Positions 19,663 through 29,906 are shown, counted from the first letter of the stretch. The stretch is DNA of 64,000 nt from Candidatus Falkowbacteria bacterium (GCA_016432645.1 CP066698.1:389062-453061), one strand, 5' to 3'. Made by a program: numbers and translations. The notes: generated from the sequence alone by a model not told the origin.

Positions 19663-21242
19663 TATTTTTGTTTTTTAATAATTGAATATTCGCAACCGCA
19701 AAATTTCTGACGGTAAATTCCTAATTCTTTAGCTAATTCCTGGGAACGACGGTAAGCATCAGCGGCTTGAAAATCTTCTTCTAAAAATTTTATTCCCTTC
19801 TTCGCAGCTAATTTCCGAGACATTTTTTCAATTGCCTCTTTATCTTTATATGGGCTGACCGTTAAAGAGGTGGCAAAAAAATCAAATTTTTTAGCAGCCG
19901 CCAAGTTAACGGTTGCTCGCAAGCGGTCCAAATAACAAAGTTGGCAACGGGCGCCGCGTTCCGCATCTCCTTCCCGCCCCTTAACTAATTTACACCAAGT
20001 TCCGTGCTCATACGGAACAATAATTAACGGAATAAAAAACTTAGCCGCCATCAATTTTACATACTGCAAACGCTTATCATATTCCTCCTGAGAAACCAGA
20101 TTAGGATTATAAAAAAACCAAGTTAAATTATAGCTAGGTTGCAACCTAACACTGCTGATATAAGTCGCACAGGGTGCGCAGCAGATATGTAAAAGCAGTG
20201 ACGGTTTAGCATTTTCTCGGCGCTTATCCAAAAATTGAAAAACGATAACAATTGCCAGCATGATGATTAGTAGTAGTAATAACACCAAGAGCTTCCCTCG
20301 ACTTTGTAAGAATAAACTGCTTAATCCAAATACCAGTGAAAAAAAATAAAAAACCAAAACAGTTTGCCTCTGATTTAAACCTAAATTTAAAAGTCGATGA
20401 TGCAGATGCTTGTTATCGGCAAAACGAAAAGGATTTTTACCCTGAAAAAGGCGCCTCATAATTGTCCAGGCAACATCTAAAATCGGGATGCCCATTATTA
20501 ATAAAGCAATCGCAATCTTGCCGCCGGAAATTATTGCTAAAACGCCCAGTACATAACCAAAAAACAAAGAACCGCCTTCACCCAAGAAAATTTTCGCCGG
20601 ATAAAAATTAAAAATTAAAAATCCCAGCGCCGAACCAAATAAAATCACAGCCGCGAGAGCAATATCCGGTTGAAAATATTTAGTAGTGAGCGTAAATAAA
20701 AAAATTACCAGCGCTCCAATCGCTCCGACGCCGCTAACTAGGCCATCAACCCCATCTAAAAGCTTAGTAGTATACATCATGCCTAGAAGCCATAAAGCAA
20801 TTAAAGCCGGCCCGACGATTACCAAATCTTTAAGATAAATAAAACCGCCAAAAGGATTGGTAATTTTTTCAATTTCCACGCCGCCGACAACAACGGCCAG
20901 AATCGCGAGCAGCGGAAAAATAATTTGCCATTTAGCCGGCAGATTATACTTATCATCCAAAATGCCGCCGATGATAATCAGCAGCGCGCCGCTAAAAAAT
21001 CCCAACAAATGGCGCCAATCCAAATTGCCCGCCAAAAAACGATCAGAATAAAAAAACAACACCCCAAAAAAAGTAACAAAAATTGCCGCCCCACCCAAAA
21101 GCGGCGTGGCGGATTTATGGATTTTGCGTTCTCCTGGCTGATCCACAATCTTAAAATAAAGAGCAATCTTTTTAATGCTCCAGGTCAAAATCAGCGATAG
21201 GATAAAACTGGCTAAAAATGGCAATATATAGGTCAGAAACAT
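19662..21242 (-). CDS. fusion protein: glycosyltransferase family 4 (WecA/MraY-like polyprenyl-phosphate sugar-1-P transferase) + QueH/DUF208 domain
   Basis: The N-terminal ~340 aa are polytopic with DDKYNL, LLDGVDGL and FLGEGGS motifs. The C-terminal ~180 aa carry HICCAPCA, CQLCYLDRL, TSLTVSPYK and YRQKFCGCEYS, typical of epoxyqueuosine reductase QueH. One continuous frame. Confidence 0.8.
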   Translation of the reverse strand: MFLTYILPFLASFILSLILTWSIKKIALYFKIVDQPGERKIHKSATPLLGGAAIFVTFFGVLFFYSDRFLAGNLDWRHLLGFFSGALLIIIGGILDDKYNLPAKWQIIFPLLAILAVVVGGVEIEKITNPFGGFIYLKDLVIVGPALIALWLLGMMYTTKLLDGVDGLVSGVGAIGALVIFLFTLTTKYFQPDIALAAVILFGSALGFLIFNFYPAKIFLGEGGSLFFGYVLGVLAIISGGKIAIALLIMGIPILDVAWTIMRRLFQGKNPFRFADNKHLHHRLLNLGLNQRQTVLVFYFFSLVFGLSSLFLQSRGKLLVLLLLLIIMLAIVIVFQFLDKRRENAKPSLLLHICCAPCATYISSVRLQPSYNLTWFFYNPNLVSQEEYDKRLQYVKLMAAKFFIPLIIVPYEHGTWCKLVKGREGDAERGARCQLCYLDRLRATVNLAAAKKFDFFATSLTVSPYKDKEAIEKMSRKLAAKKGIKFLEEDFQAADAYRRSQELAKELGIYRQKFCGCEYSIIKKQK

Positions 21243-21343
21243 GAATGGGCTTGGTTATTGACTACTTAAAAAATAAATGATAATTTAAATAATACTAATT
21301 TTCTTTTAAACTTAAATAATTAACAACAGGAGGACAAAGCATC

Positions 21344-21526
21344 ATGAATGATTTATCACACATTGAAGCAAAAGCGATGGCTCAATCGGAAAACATCGCC
21401 GGTATCAAAAAAAGTATTCAGCGCGAGCTAAACAAGGAAAATTCCAATCCGCAAAAATTGGAGAACCTCAAAAAAACGCTCCGTCTCACTGAAAATGCGT
21501 TCGCTAGGACGCAATTAATGGTCTAA
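21344..21526 (+). CDS. small hypothetical helical protein
   Basis: AGGAGG 8 nt upstream of the ATG, 60 aa, followed by a terminator. Confidence 0.5.
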   Translation: MNDLSHIEAKAMAQSENIAGIKKSIQRELNKENSNPQKLENLKKTLRLTENAFARTQLMV

Positions 21527-21546
21527 CTGTTAAAATAACCTAGACA

Positions 21547-21576
21547 AAAGCGCGCCCTAAACCAGCGCGTTTTTTA
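21547..21576. terminator. bidirectional terminator
   Basis: CGCGC-N9-GCGCG stem extended by A/T pairs; abuts the stop of the minus-strand Clp gene and follows the plus-strand small ORF. Confidence 0.6.
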
Positions 21577-24264
21577 TTACAACTCAGCCGCCTTCTCAAC
21601 AGTTATTTCCGCTTGATTGTTAATTACTACTTGGTCTCTTCTTTTTAATTCGCCGGCTAAAATTTTATTAGCAACTACATCCTCAACCCGCTCCTGCAAT
21701 AAACGGCGCAAAGGACGCGCACCAAACTTAGGGTCGTATCCGGCCTGAGCCAAAATGGTTACCCCGTCTTTGTCAGCCTTAAGGCCAATCCCCTTATCCG
21801 CCAATATCTTTTTAATTTTCTTGAGCATTAAAGTCGTAATCGTAAAGATGTTTTCTTCATCGAGCGGCTTAAAAACAATAATGCCATCAAAACGATTGAT
21901 AAGTTCCGGACGCATATGCTCGCGCAATTGATTATCAATTAATTCTTGTTTAATAATATTCAAACTAGTTTTAGCTTTAATTTGATCTTGAATAAAAATT
22001 GCACCGATATTGGAAGTGGCGATAATGATGGACTCCGAAAAACTAATCGTTCTTCCCTGGCCATCAGTCAAACGGCCGTCATCCAGCATTTGTAAAAATA
22101 AATTCAAAATATCAGGGTGGGCTTTCTCCACTTCATCCAGCAAAACCAAAGAAAAGGGTTTTTTCCTGACAGCTTCCGTTAGATATCCCAAAGTTCCATC
22201 AACATCGCCAATCATTTTACGGACGCTGTCCTGATTTTGATATTCACTCATATCCAAGCGTATCAAATAATCCTCGCTGCCAAAATAAATCGCCGAGACC
22301 GCTTTAGCGAGTTCGGTTTTACCGACGCCGGTCGGGCCTAAGAATAAAAAGCTGGCAATCGGCCGCTTACTGTCTTTCATGGCCGCGCGCGCCCGGCGCA
22401 AACTGGCGGAAACTGCTTTTACCGCCTCTTCCTGCCCGACTAAGCGTTCATGGATTTCGGCTTCTAAATTAAGTAATTTTTGGCCCTCATCGGCGCTCAC
22501 TTTATTAACCGGGATGCCAGTCATCTCGGCGATAGCGGAAGCAATATCTTCTTTGGAACAAAAAGTTTTTTCCGGGTTATTCTTGCTGGCCGTAGCGGCA
22601 ATCATCGCCGCTTTTTCCAATAAATCGATAGCCTTAAGCGGTAAAAATTTATCATGCAGATAGCGCGCCGACATTTTCACGGCTTGTTCAATAGCACTAT
22701 AAACAATATAGGTATCATATTTTGATTCTAAAAATCCGACACGGCTTTCTAAAATTTGGATGGCGGCGTTAGTATCCGGTTCGCTAATGCCGATAGTGGT
22801 CATTACTTCGCCCAAAGATTTTTTCTCAATATAACGCGTGTAGTTTTCAGCCGTGGCCGTCGCGATACAAAAAATATGATTTTTAGATAAAGCTTCAGCT
22901 AAAACTTCGGATAAATCCAAGCTCTCCTGGCTGCCAGCACTGATACCAATCAAATTTTCAATATTATCAATAAATAAAATTACATTGCCCGAGCGATTAG
23001 CTTCATTAATGCAATCTAATAATCTTTCTTCGGCCACTGACGGATCCGCCCCGCTCACCAATTTAGAAACCTCAAGTTCTACCAAACGCTTGTCTTTCAT
23101 AAAATCCGGCACATTCTCTTCAACCATCATCTGGGCGACACCGCCGACAATCGTGCTTTTACCGATACCGGTGGGGGCTACTAATAAAACACCATTGTGG
23201 CCGCCGGTAAAAATATCAAAAATTGCTTGAATTTCCTTATTGCGGCCGACGCATAAATCCAAATGGCCGAATTTAGCCTTTAAAGTTAAATCCACAGCAA
23301 AATGGTCTAAAACCGGAGTCGCGATAGCGGTGTAAGAGCGGTTCATTCCTGAACTTGGTTTAAATAGCGCCAGTTGGCGGTAGGCGTGATAGCGGGCGAC
23401 CAGTAATTTATTAACCCGAAACCACTCGACGGCATTAGTAATTTTGTCAGCGTCAATTTCTAGTTCATACATAATTTCCGCCAGCTCCGGGTCCCGATCG
23501 TAACAAAATAAAATTATATTTAAAACATCAATGCTTTTTTGTTTCAAATTAAAGGCATCTTGGAAAGCTAAAATAAAAACTTCTTGAAGTCGATCGGAAA
23601 TTTGGTCATCGCCAGCAACATCGTTAGCACTTTTAACCAACTGGCGATCAATCATCTCAATCATCTTTTTAGCATCAACATTCAAACGGATAAAGAGACT
23701 CTGAACTTCTTTAGTTCTAAGGGCGGCTCGGAAAAAATGAATAATGTCTACCTGCTGGCGACGCAATTTAGAAGCTAATAAAAAAGCTTCTTCCAAAATT
23801 CTATTGGTTTCATCGGAAAAAGCGCGGGCGGCATTATAGCGCTGCCTGGATTCGCGCTTGGCTTTTTTATCTTCCCGAAAAAATCGATAATTTATTTTTT
23901 TGGCGCTAGCCACCGCCAAGCTAAATTTGTAAAAAAGAAACAAGTCGAGCCATAAAGATAATAAGAAAAAGGCTACTAAAATATCTGGGCTGGACCAAAA
24001 AAAGAATATTTTTAAAGGATCAGCTTCTAAACTGGCCCGGTTTAAAAATATCCAAGCGGCAAAAGCGAGCCAGCCGGCAAAAATAATCAGCCAAGAAAAA
24101 AAGCCTAAAATTTTATTAATCTGCTTCTCCGCTCTTTCCAGAGCGATTACCGACTTCTTAATTTTTTTATTCCAATATAAAAACCGCCCCAGAAACCAAG
24201 CTCCCCGCCCTTTTGAAGCGGTATCTTTTATAAATTCAAGTTGTTCTCTATTTTTCAAATCCAT
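21577..24264 (-). CDS. membrane-anchored Clp/Hsp100-family AAA+ ATPase (two NBDs, no ClpB-type middle domain)
   Basis: Two N-terminal TM segments (GFFSWLIIFAGWLAFAAWIFL; ILVAFFLLSLWLDLFLFY), then a Clp-N-like repeat. NBD1 has APTGIGKST but Walker B ILFIDNIEN. NBD2 is canonical ([29 protein letters not shown]). Confidence 0.85.
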   Translation of the reverse strand: MDLKNREQLEFIKDTASKGRGAWFLGRFLYWNKKIKKSVIALERAEKQINKILGFFSWLIIFAGWLAFAAWIFLNRASLEADPLKIFFFWSSPDILVAFFLLSLWLDLFLFYKFSLAVASAKKINYRFFREDKKAKRESRQRYNAARAFSDETNRILEEAFLLASKLRRQQVDIIHFFRAALRTKEVQSLFIRLNVDAKKMIEMIDRQLVKSANDVAGDDQISDRLQEVFILAFQDAFNLKQKSIDVLNIILFCYDRDPELAEIMYELEIDADKITNAVEWFRVNKLLVARYHAYRQLALFKPSSGMNRSYTAIATPVLDHFAVDLTLKAKFGHLDLCVGRNKEIQAIFDIFTGGHNGVLLVAPTGIGKSTIVGGVAQMMVEENVPDFMKDKRLVELEVSKLVSGADPSVAEERLLDCINEANRSGNVILFIDNIENLIGISAGSQESLDLSEVLAEALSKNHIFCIATATAENYTRYIEKKSLGEVMTTIGISEPDTNAAIQILESRVGFLESKYDTYIVYSAIEQAVKMSARYLHDKFLPLKAIDLLEKAAMIAATASKNNPEKTFCSKEDIASAIAEMTGIPVNKVSADEGQKLLNLEAEIHERLVGQEEAVKAVSASLRRARAAMKDSKRPIASFLFLGPTGVGKTELAKAVSAIYFGSEDYLIRLDMSEYQNQDSVRKMIGDVDGTLGYLTEAVRKKPFSLVLLDEVEKAHPDILNLFLQMLDDGRLTDGQGRTISFSESIIIATSNIGAIFIQDQIKAKTSLNIIKQELIDNQLREHMRPELINRFDGIIVFKPLDEENIFTITTLMLKKIKKILADKGIGLKADKDGVTILAQAGYDPKFGARPLRRLLQERVEDVVANKILAGELKRRDQVVINNQAEITVEKAAEL

Positions 24265-24266
24265 AT

Positions 24267-24635
24267 TTAAGCTTTAGCCTGAAAAAATAAAGCCACGACT
24301 AACAGCAGCGGCAGCGCTAACCATAGAATTGCGCCGGCAATAACTAGTGCCAGCCAAAAAAGCAAAACCAGCCCACGAATAATAATCTGAATTAAACGGA
24401 TAAAAAAACTAATAATTCGACCGGCGGCGTCGCTCTGCCCGTACATCGGCACAAAAATATTAGTGAGCCAAATCCGAAAACCAAGGTTTTTTTCTTGATT
24501 ACTAAAAAAAATCCACTCTTTTTTTAGAGTTTCCGCAAAGCCGACGCTATACCACCAAAAAGGAAAATAAAAAATATTACCCAAAGTTTGAAAAATTATT
24601 TTTAGGCCGTAAGTAAAAAAATTATGTGATTGCAT
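24267..24635 (-). CDS. small polytopic membrane protein, translationally adjacent to the Clp ATPase
   Basis: 122 aa, 3 hydrophobic segments, stop 2 nt before the Clp start. Confidence 0.6.
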   Translation of the reverse strand: MQSHNFFTYGLKIIFQTLGNIFYFPFWWYSVGFAETLKKEWIFFSNQEKNLGFRIWLTNIFVPMYGQSDAAGRIISFFIRLIQIIIRGLVLLFWLALVIAGAILWLALPLLLVVALFFQAKA

Positions 24636-24747
24636 AAATCATTTTAATAATTTTATTTTATCATAAAATTAAAATAATCACAATTAAATTTTAGCTTAAT
24701 CTAGGCGCGGAAATCTCAAAAAATACCGAATTATAACCCGATAAACA

Positions 24748-24776
24748 ATTGACAAGTAAGGCGCCTTATATTAAGA
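24748..24776 (+). promoter_or_regulatory. sigma70-type promoter of clpB
   Basis: TTGACA (24748-24753), 17-nt spacer, TAAGAT (24771-24776). Confidence 0.5.
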
Positions 24777-24780
24777 TGTA

Positions 24781-24807
24781 ATTAGCACTCTAATATTAGG
24801 ACTGCTA
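24781..24807 (+). promoter_or_regulatory. CIRCE-like inverted repeat (HrcA operator)
   Basis: TTAGCACTC-N9-GACTGCTAA versus consensus TTAGCACTC-N9-GAGTGCTAA (one mismatch); lies immediately after the -10 and 29 nt before the clpB ATG. Confidence 0.6.
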
Positions 24808-24835
24808 AAACTAAAAAACTCAAAAAATACTATAT

Positions 24836-27475
24836 ATGTTTAATAAATTCACCGATAAATCCCAGGAGGTAATTATTAATTCCCAAGTAATTGCTTCTAA
24901 TTACGGCCAGCCAAATATTGAAGCGGTTCATATTTTATTGGCGCTTCTGGAACAAAATGAGGGCTTGGTAAAGCCGATTTTAGAAAAAATGAAAATCGAC
25001 CCGGAGTTAATGGAAGAAAAAATTATCAAAACGATTAAAACCCTGCCTCAAAGCCGAATAAATCAGAACCCGGGGCCGGTACAAGCCGTATCCGGGACCG
25101 CGGAAACGGCGGCCGTTTTAGAAAGAGCGCAAAAAGAAGCGGACGGCATGAGCGATGAATTCATCTCCACCGAACATATTTTACTAGCGTTAATCGGCGT
25201 CGCTTCCCCGGCTCAAAGAATTTTGCTGGATTTTAAAGTTGAATATCAGGAAGTCAAAAATATTTTAAAAGAGTTGCGCGGTTCGCAAACCATCACCGAC
25301 CCCTTCCCGGAAAATAAATTTCGTGTTTTAGAAAAATATACCACCAATCTGACTGAACTGGCTCGCCAAGAAAAACTGGACCCGGTTATCGGGCGCGATA
25401 TGGAAATCCGGCGCATTATGCAAGTCTTACTGCGCCGTACCAAAAATAACCCCGTGCTTATCGGCGAAGCCGGAACCGGCAAAACTGCGGTGGTGGAAGG
25501 CCTGGCACAAAGGATAGTTTCCGGCGATGTTCCGGAAAATTTAAAAAATAAAGAAATTATTGCTCTGGATTTAGGCTCAATCGTCGCCGGCGCAAAATTT
25601 CGCGGCGAATTTGAAGACCGCTTAAAGGCAATTCTTAAGGAAGTCAAATCACAAAACGGCCGTTTAATCTTATTTATCGATGAGCTGCACACCTTAATCG
25701 GCGCCGGCGCCTCCGAAGGATCAATGGATGCTTCTAACATGTTAAAACCGGCTCTTGCCCGCGGTGAATTGCGGACTATCGGCGCGACTACTACCAAGGA
25801 ATATCAAAAATATATTGAAAAAGATGCCGCTCTAGAAAGACGCTTCCAACCGATTTACGTTTCTGAGCCCAGTGTTGAGGATACTATCAGCATGCTCCGC
25901 GGACTCAAAGAAAAATATGAAGTCCATCACGGCGTCCGTATTACCGACAACGCCTTAATCGCCGCCGCCAAATTATCACATCGCTATATCAGCGACCGTT
26001 TTTTGCCGGACAAGGCCGTTGATTTAATTGACGAAGCGACCTCTTCCCTGCGCATGGAAATTGATTCTATGCCGGATGAGCTTGACCAATTAAAACGCAA
26101 AATAAACCAGTTGGAATTGAACAAGGCGGGCCTGATGACAACCGATAAGAAGTCGTCAAAAATCAGAGCAATTAACCAAGAACTAGCTAAAATTAAAGAA
26201 AAATCAACACAATTAGAACTTCATTGGAATAACGAAAAAAATATTATTTCTCAAATCAGAAGCTCCAAAAAAGAAATAGAGGACTTAAAAATCAAAGCGG
26301 AGATTGCGCAGAGACAAGGCGCCGATTTGACCGAAGTTGCTAAAATAAAATATGGTTTAATTCCGGAACTGGAACACGGCATAGATAATCTACAGGAAGA
26401 ATTATTAAAAATTCAAAAAAAAGGGCAACGGATTCTTAAAGAAGAGGTAGATGAAGAAGACATTGCTAAAGTGGTTGCCCGCTGGACTGGAATTCCAGTT
26501 AATAAAATGCTGCAGGACGAAATTAAAAAATTAAGCGATGCCGAAAAAGAATTAAACCAAGAAGTAGTCGGTCAAGAAGAAGCCATTAAAGCCGTAGCCA
26601 ATGCCCTTAGAAGATCACGTGCCGGCATCAACGAAGAAAAACGGCCGATCGGCTCCTTCCTGTTTGTCGGACCGACTGGCGTCGGCAAAACCGAACTCGC
26701 CAAAACTCTGGCCAAATTTATGTTTGACGATGAAAAATCGCTGGTCCGCTTAGATATGAGCGAATTCATGGAAAAACATTCGGTGGCCAAGCTGATTGGC
26801 TCTCCTCCAGGCTACGTCGGCCATGATGATGGCGGACAGTTAACCGACAAAGTCCGCCGCCATCCTTACAGCGTTGTTTTATTTGATGAAATCGAAAAAG
26901 CACATCCTGATATGTTTAATATTTTATTACAAATATTAGACGACGGCCGCCTGACTGATTCTAAAGGACGGATGGTCAATTTCAAAAATACCATTGTCAT
27001 TATGACCTCCAATCTGGGAAATGAAGTAATTAAACATTACTCCATCGGCTTTAATGATGAAAGCGATAAAAAAGAAGCCTCCAAGCTGCGCGAAGGAGAG
27101 ATGAAAGAAAAGATTGATAAGATTCTTAAAGAAAATTTCAAACTGGAATTTCTAAATAGAATTGACGAAGTAGTTCTCTTCCACAGCTTATCGCCGGAAG
27201 CGCTGGAAAAAATAGTTGATTTAGAATTAAATAAAGTTGAAAAACGGCTAGCCAATAAAAATATCAGCGTTAAAGTCGGGCCAAAAGTTAAAAAAATGCT
27301 GGCGCAAAAAGGTTATGATATTACTTACGGCGCCCGCCCCTTAAAACGCATCATTCAAAATTTAATTTTGGATGAGCTGGCGCTAGAGATAATTGAAGGT
27401 AAAATCAAAGAAGGCGCTAAAGTAAAAATAGATTTAGGGGAACCGGAAAAAATAATCATCAAGGCCTTAAAATAA
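24836..27475 (+). CDS. clpB: chaperone ClpB
   Basis: Clp-N repeats. NBD1 [16 protein letters not shown]. Long coiled-coil middle domain ([15 protein letters not shown]...). NBD2 [29 protein letters not shown]. 879 aa. Confidence 0.96.
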   Translation: MFNKFTDKSQEVIINSQVIASNYGQPNIEAVHILLALLEQNEGLVKPILEKMKIDPELMEEKIIKTIKTLPQSRINQNPGPVQAVSGTAETAAVLERAQKEADGMSDEFISTEHILLALIGVASPAQRILLDFKVEYQEVKNILKELRGSQTITDPFPENKFRVLEKYTTNLTELARQEKLDPVIGRDMEIRRIMQVLLRRTKNNPVLIGEAGTGKTAVVEGLAQRIVSGDVPENLKNKEIIALDLGSIVAGAKFRGEFEDRLKAILKEVKSQNGRLILFIDELHTLIGAGASEGSMDASNMLKPALARGELRTIGATTTKEYQKYIEKDAALERRFQPIYVSEPSVEDTISMLRGLKEKYEVHHGVRITDNALIAAAKLSHRYISDRFLPDKAVDLIDEATSSLRMEIDSMPDELDQLKRKINQLELNKAGLMTTDKKSSKIRAINQELAKIKEKSTQLELHWNNEKNIISQIRSSKKEIEDLKIKAEIAQRQGADLTEVAKIKYGLIPELEHGIDNLQEELLKIQKKGQRILKEEVDEEDIAKVVARWTGIPVNKMLQDEIKKLSDAEKELNQEVVGQEEAIKAVANALRRSRAGINEEKRPIGSFLFVGPTGVGKTELAKTLAKFMFDDEKSLVRLDMSEFMEKHSVAKLIGSPPGYVGHDDGGQLTDKVRRHPYSVVLFDEIEKAHPDMFNILLQILDDGRLTDSKGRMVNFKNTIVIMTSNLGNEVIKHYSIGFNDESDKKEASKLREGEMKEKIDKILKENFKLEFLNRIDEVVLFHSLSPEALEKIVDLELNKVEKRLANKNISVKVGPKVKKMLAQKGYDITYGARPLKRIIQNLILDELALEIIEGKIKEGAKVKIDLGEPEKIIIKALK

Positions 27476-27481
27476 AAAACC

Positions 27482-27508
27482 AAAAACCCGTACTAACACG
27501 GGTTTTTT
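27482..27508 (+). terminator. rho-independent terminator after clpB
   Basis: ACCCGT-N6-ACGGGT stem with an A-run before and T6 after. Confidence 0.7.
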
Positions 27509-27583
27509 GGTTGCCGAAGACCTAAAAATATATTATAATAAAAATCAACTAGTATCTAAAAAATATTTAAAAATACAGCCACC

Positions 27584-29074
27584 ATGAAAAATCAAAAAAT
27601 AAGCAACATATCTTTAATATTAGCGCTTTTTTCTCTTTCTTTAATTATTTCCGCGCCTTTTGTAAAGGCACAAACCGAAGTAGACCCCAATTTTAATCCT
27701 AACAACATAATTTCAGATAATGACTTGCTTAATGCTCGTTCTATGACGCTCGCAGAAATCCAAAATTTCCTGCAAAGCAAAAATAGCTATTTAGCTAATT
27801 ACAGCGCCCCTAACAACAGCGGCGTGACCAAAACAGCCGCCGAAATAATTTATGACGCCACTAATCGCAATTTTGATTGCGAAGGCGTCTCTTTAAGCGA
27901 ATCGCCAACTGAAGAAGAAAAACGTTTAAAATGCAAAACCATAACCACGGTTAACCCTAAATTTATCTTGGTGCTTTTGCAAAAAGAAGCGAGCTTAATT
28001 GAGGACCCCAGCCCGGCACCCGCGCGTTTAGATTGGGCAACTGGCTATGGCTGTCCCGATAACTGGACTTGCAACCCTTATTACAAAGGCTTTGGCAAGC
28101 AAGTGAACAGCGCTTCCCTGCAATTTTTAGCTTACATGCAAGAACAAGAAAAATATAAATACCAAGCCGGAAAAGCCTATACCTTTACTAATCCCTATGG
28201 CACAATTTCTAACGCGCCAATGACAGTTATTCCGGAAAATAAAGCGACCGCCGCTTTATATAACTATACTCCACATGTTTTTAACGGCAATTATAATGTC
28301 TACAAACTTTTTAACCGCTATTTTCCAGATTCCGCTTTTGTAGCCGCCTATCCCGACGGTTCAGTCTTAAAAGTAGAGGGTGACCCGGGAGTTTGGCTGA
28401 TTGAAAAGGGCCAAAAAAGATTGTTCTTAAATTATTCCTCTTTTATTTCCCGCTTCAGCCCCCAGCAAATAATCAGCGTTTCTCCTAGCTTGCTGGACGG
28501 TTATCCGGTCGGCGAAGGCATTAAATTTTCCAACTACTCTTTAGTCCAGACTCCTGATAAAAAAATCTATATGCTGGTCGGCTCCGAGAAAAGACAATTT
28601 GACAGCTTAACATCCTTTAAGACTATCGGCTTTAATGTTGCCGAAATTGAAAACGCCAGTAGCGCCGAATTAGCGGGTTATAATGATGGCAAAATGATTA
28701 CCGCCACTTCCACCTACGTCACCGGCGCCCTGCTCCAAGACATTAAAACCGGCGGTGTATTTTACGTAGAAAATAATACTAAAGCGCCGCTACTGGATAA
28801 AATTTTGTTAACCACTAGATTTAAGGATAAAAAAATAGTGAGGGTCTCAAGCACTATTTTAAATAAATATACTACTGTTGCTCCCGCCTTATTTAACGAC
28901 GGAACTTTACTGAAGACCGATTCCTTCCCGACTGTTTATCTAATATCCAATGGCCAGAAACGACCATTCGCCAACGAAACCGTCTTTAAAACTTTGGGCT
29001 ATGATTTAGCTAACGTAATAACCATTTCCTCCAAATTGATGTCTAATTATTCTCAAGGAGATCCGATACAATAA
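27584..29074 (+). CDS. secreted protein with four C-terminal ~65-aa repeats (possible cell-wall associated)
   Basis: Signal peptide ...SLIISAPFVKA. Repeats are centred on VWLIEKGQKRLF, IYMLVGSEKRQF, VFYVENNTKAPL and VYLISNGQKRPF...GY. The same module occurs in the 59014 protein. Confidence 0.7.
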   Translation: MKNQKISNISLILALFSLSLIISAPFVKAQTEVDPNFNPNNIISDNDLLNARSMTLAEIQNFLQSKNSYLANYSAPNNSGVTKTAAEIIYDATNRNFDCEGVSLSESPTEEEKRLKCKTITTVNPKFILVLLQKEASLIEDPSPAPARLDWATGYGCPDNWTCNPYYKGFGKQVNSASLQFLAYMQEQEKYKYQAGKAYTFTNPYGTISNAPMTVIPENKATAALYNYTPHVFNGNYNVYKLFNRYFPDSAFVAAYPDGSVLKVEGDPGVWLIEKGQKRLFLNYSSFISRFSPQQIISVSPSLLDGYPVGEGIKFSNYSLVQTPDKKIYMLVGSEKRQFDSLTSFKTIGFNVAEIENASSAELAGYNDGKMITATSTYVTGALLQDIKTGGVFYVENNTKAPLLDKILLTTRFKDKKIVRVSSTILNKYTTVAPALFNDGTLLKTDSFPTVYLISNGQKRPFANETVFKTLGYDLANVITISSKLMSNYSQGDPIQ

Positions 29075-29078
29075 AAAT

Positions 29079-29900
29079 ATGCCTCTTATAAAAGCCTTTT
29101 TACTGCCCCATTCGCCACTTTTAGTTCCGGAAATCGGCCGCGCTAATCATGAATTTCTCGCCAAAACTGCTGCCGCCTATCAAAAGGCCAAAGCCGAATT
29201 TATAGAAGCCGGCATTGAAACATTAATTATAATTTCGCCTCACAATAAAATCCGAGAAAATTTTTTCATTATTAACTCCGCTCCGGAGATGGAAATTAGT
29301 TTTCCTGATTTTGGCTTTATCCCTCCAAAAAACTTTCTGAAGGGCGATATTATTTTTTCCGATAAAATAAAAAACAACCTTAAAAACGAAGTACCCTTAC
29401 GGATTTTATCGGATAGCACTCTTGATTATGGTAGCGCTATCCCATTATACTTGTTAAAAACAACCGACACTAACTTTAAAATTATAGTAATTTCACCGTC
29501 TGATGATTTTGATTTGAAGGCCAATTTTAATTTCGGTCTGAAACTGGCAGAGACTATTGAAGCCGAGGCTAAAAAAATTGCCATTATTGCTTCCGGAGAT
29601 TTGTCGCATCGCTTAAAACGGAAATCTCCGGGCGGCTATTCTCCAAAAGGAGCTAAGTTCGACAATAAACTGATTGAATATCTTAGCGAACCAGAAACTG
29701 CCAAAAAAAATATTTTGGACATGGATAAGCGCTTAATCCTGGAAGCCAGCGAATGTGGCTTAAAACCACTCTTAATCCTATTAGGCATCTTAGATAAGAT
29801 AAAATGGGAACCGGACATCTTAGCCTATCAAACTGATTTCGGCATTGGCTATTTAAGCTTAGAATTTTTACTTCCCCCAAATAAGACTGAGGCTATTTAA
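29079..29900 (+). CDS. LigB-superfamily (class III extradiol dioxygenase subunit B-like) protein
   Basis: LLPHSPLLVPEIG N-terminus, IISPH, ASGDLSHRL; 273 aa. Family assignment is by motif pattern only. Confidence 0.5.
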   Translation: MPLIKAFLLPHSPLLVPEIGRANHEFLAKTAAAYQKAKAEFIEAGIETLIIISPHNKIRENFFIINSAPEMEISFPDFGFIPPKNFLKGDIIFSDKIKNNLKNEVPLRILSDSTLDYGSAIPLYLLKTTDTNFKIIVISPSDDFDLKANFNFGLKLAETIEAEAKKIAIIASGDLSHRLKRKSPGGYSPKGAKFDNKLIEYLSEPETAKKNILDMDKRLILEASECGLKPLLILLGILDKIKWEPDILAYQTDFGIGYLSLEFLLPPNKTEAI

Positions 29901-29906
29901 AATTAT

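Noticed and set aside
25246-25797. 183-aa ORF antisense to clpB. Similar antisense ORFs lie in gyrB (8614-8847, 10140-10431), the Clp ATPase (22010-23778), pgk, eno and the iPGM-like gene.
   Set aside because: They lie opposite highly conserved, confidently identified genes. They have low-complexity translations and no start context.
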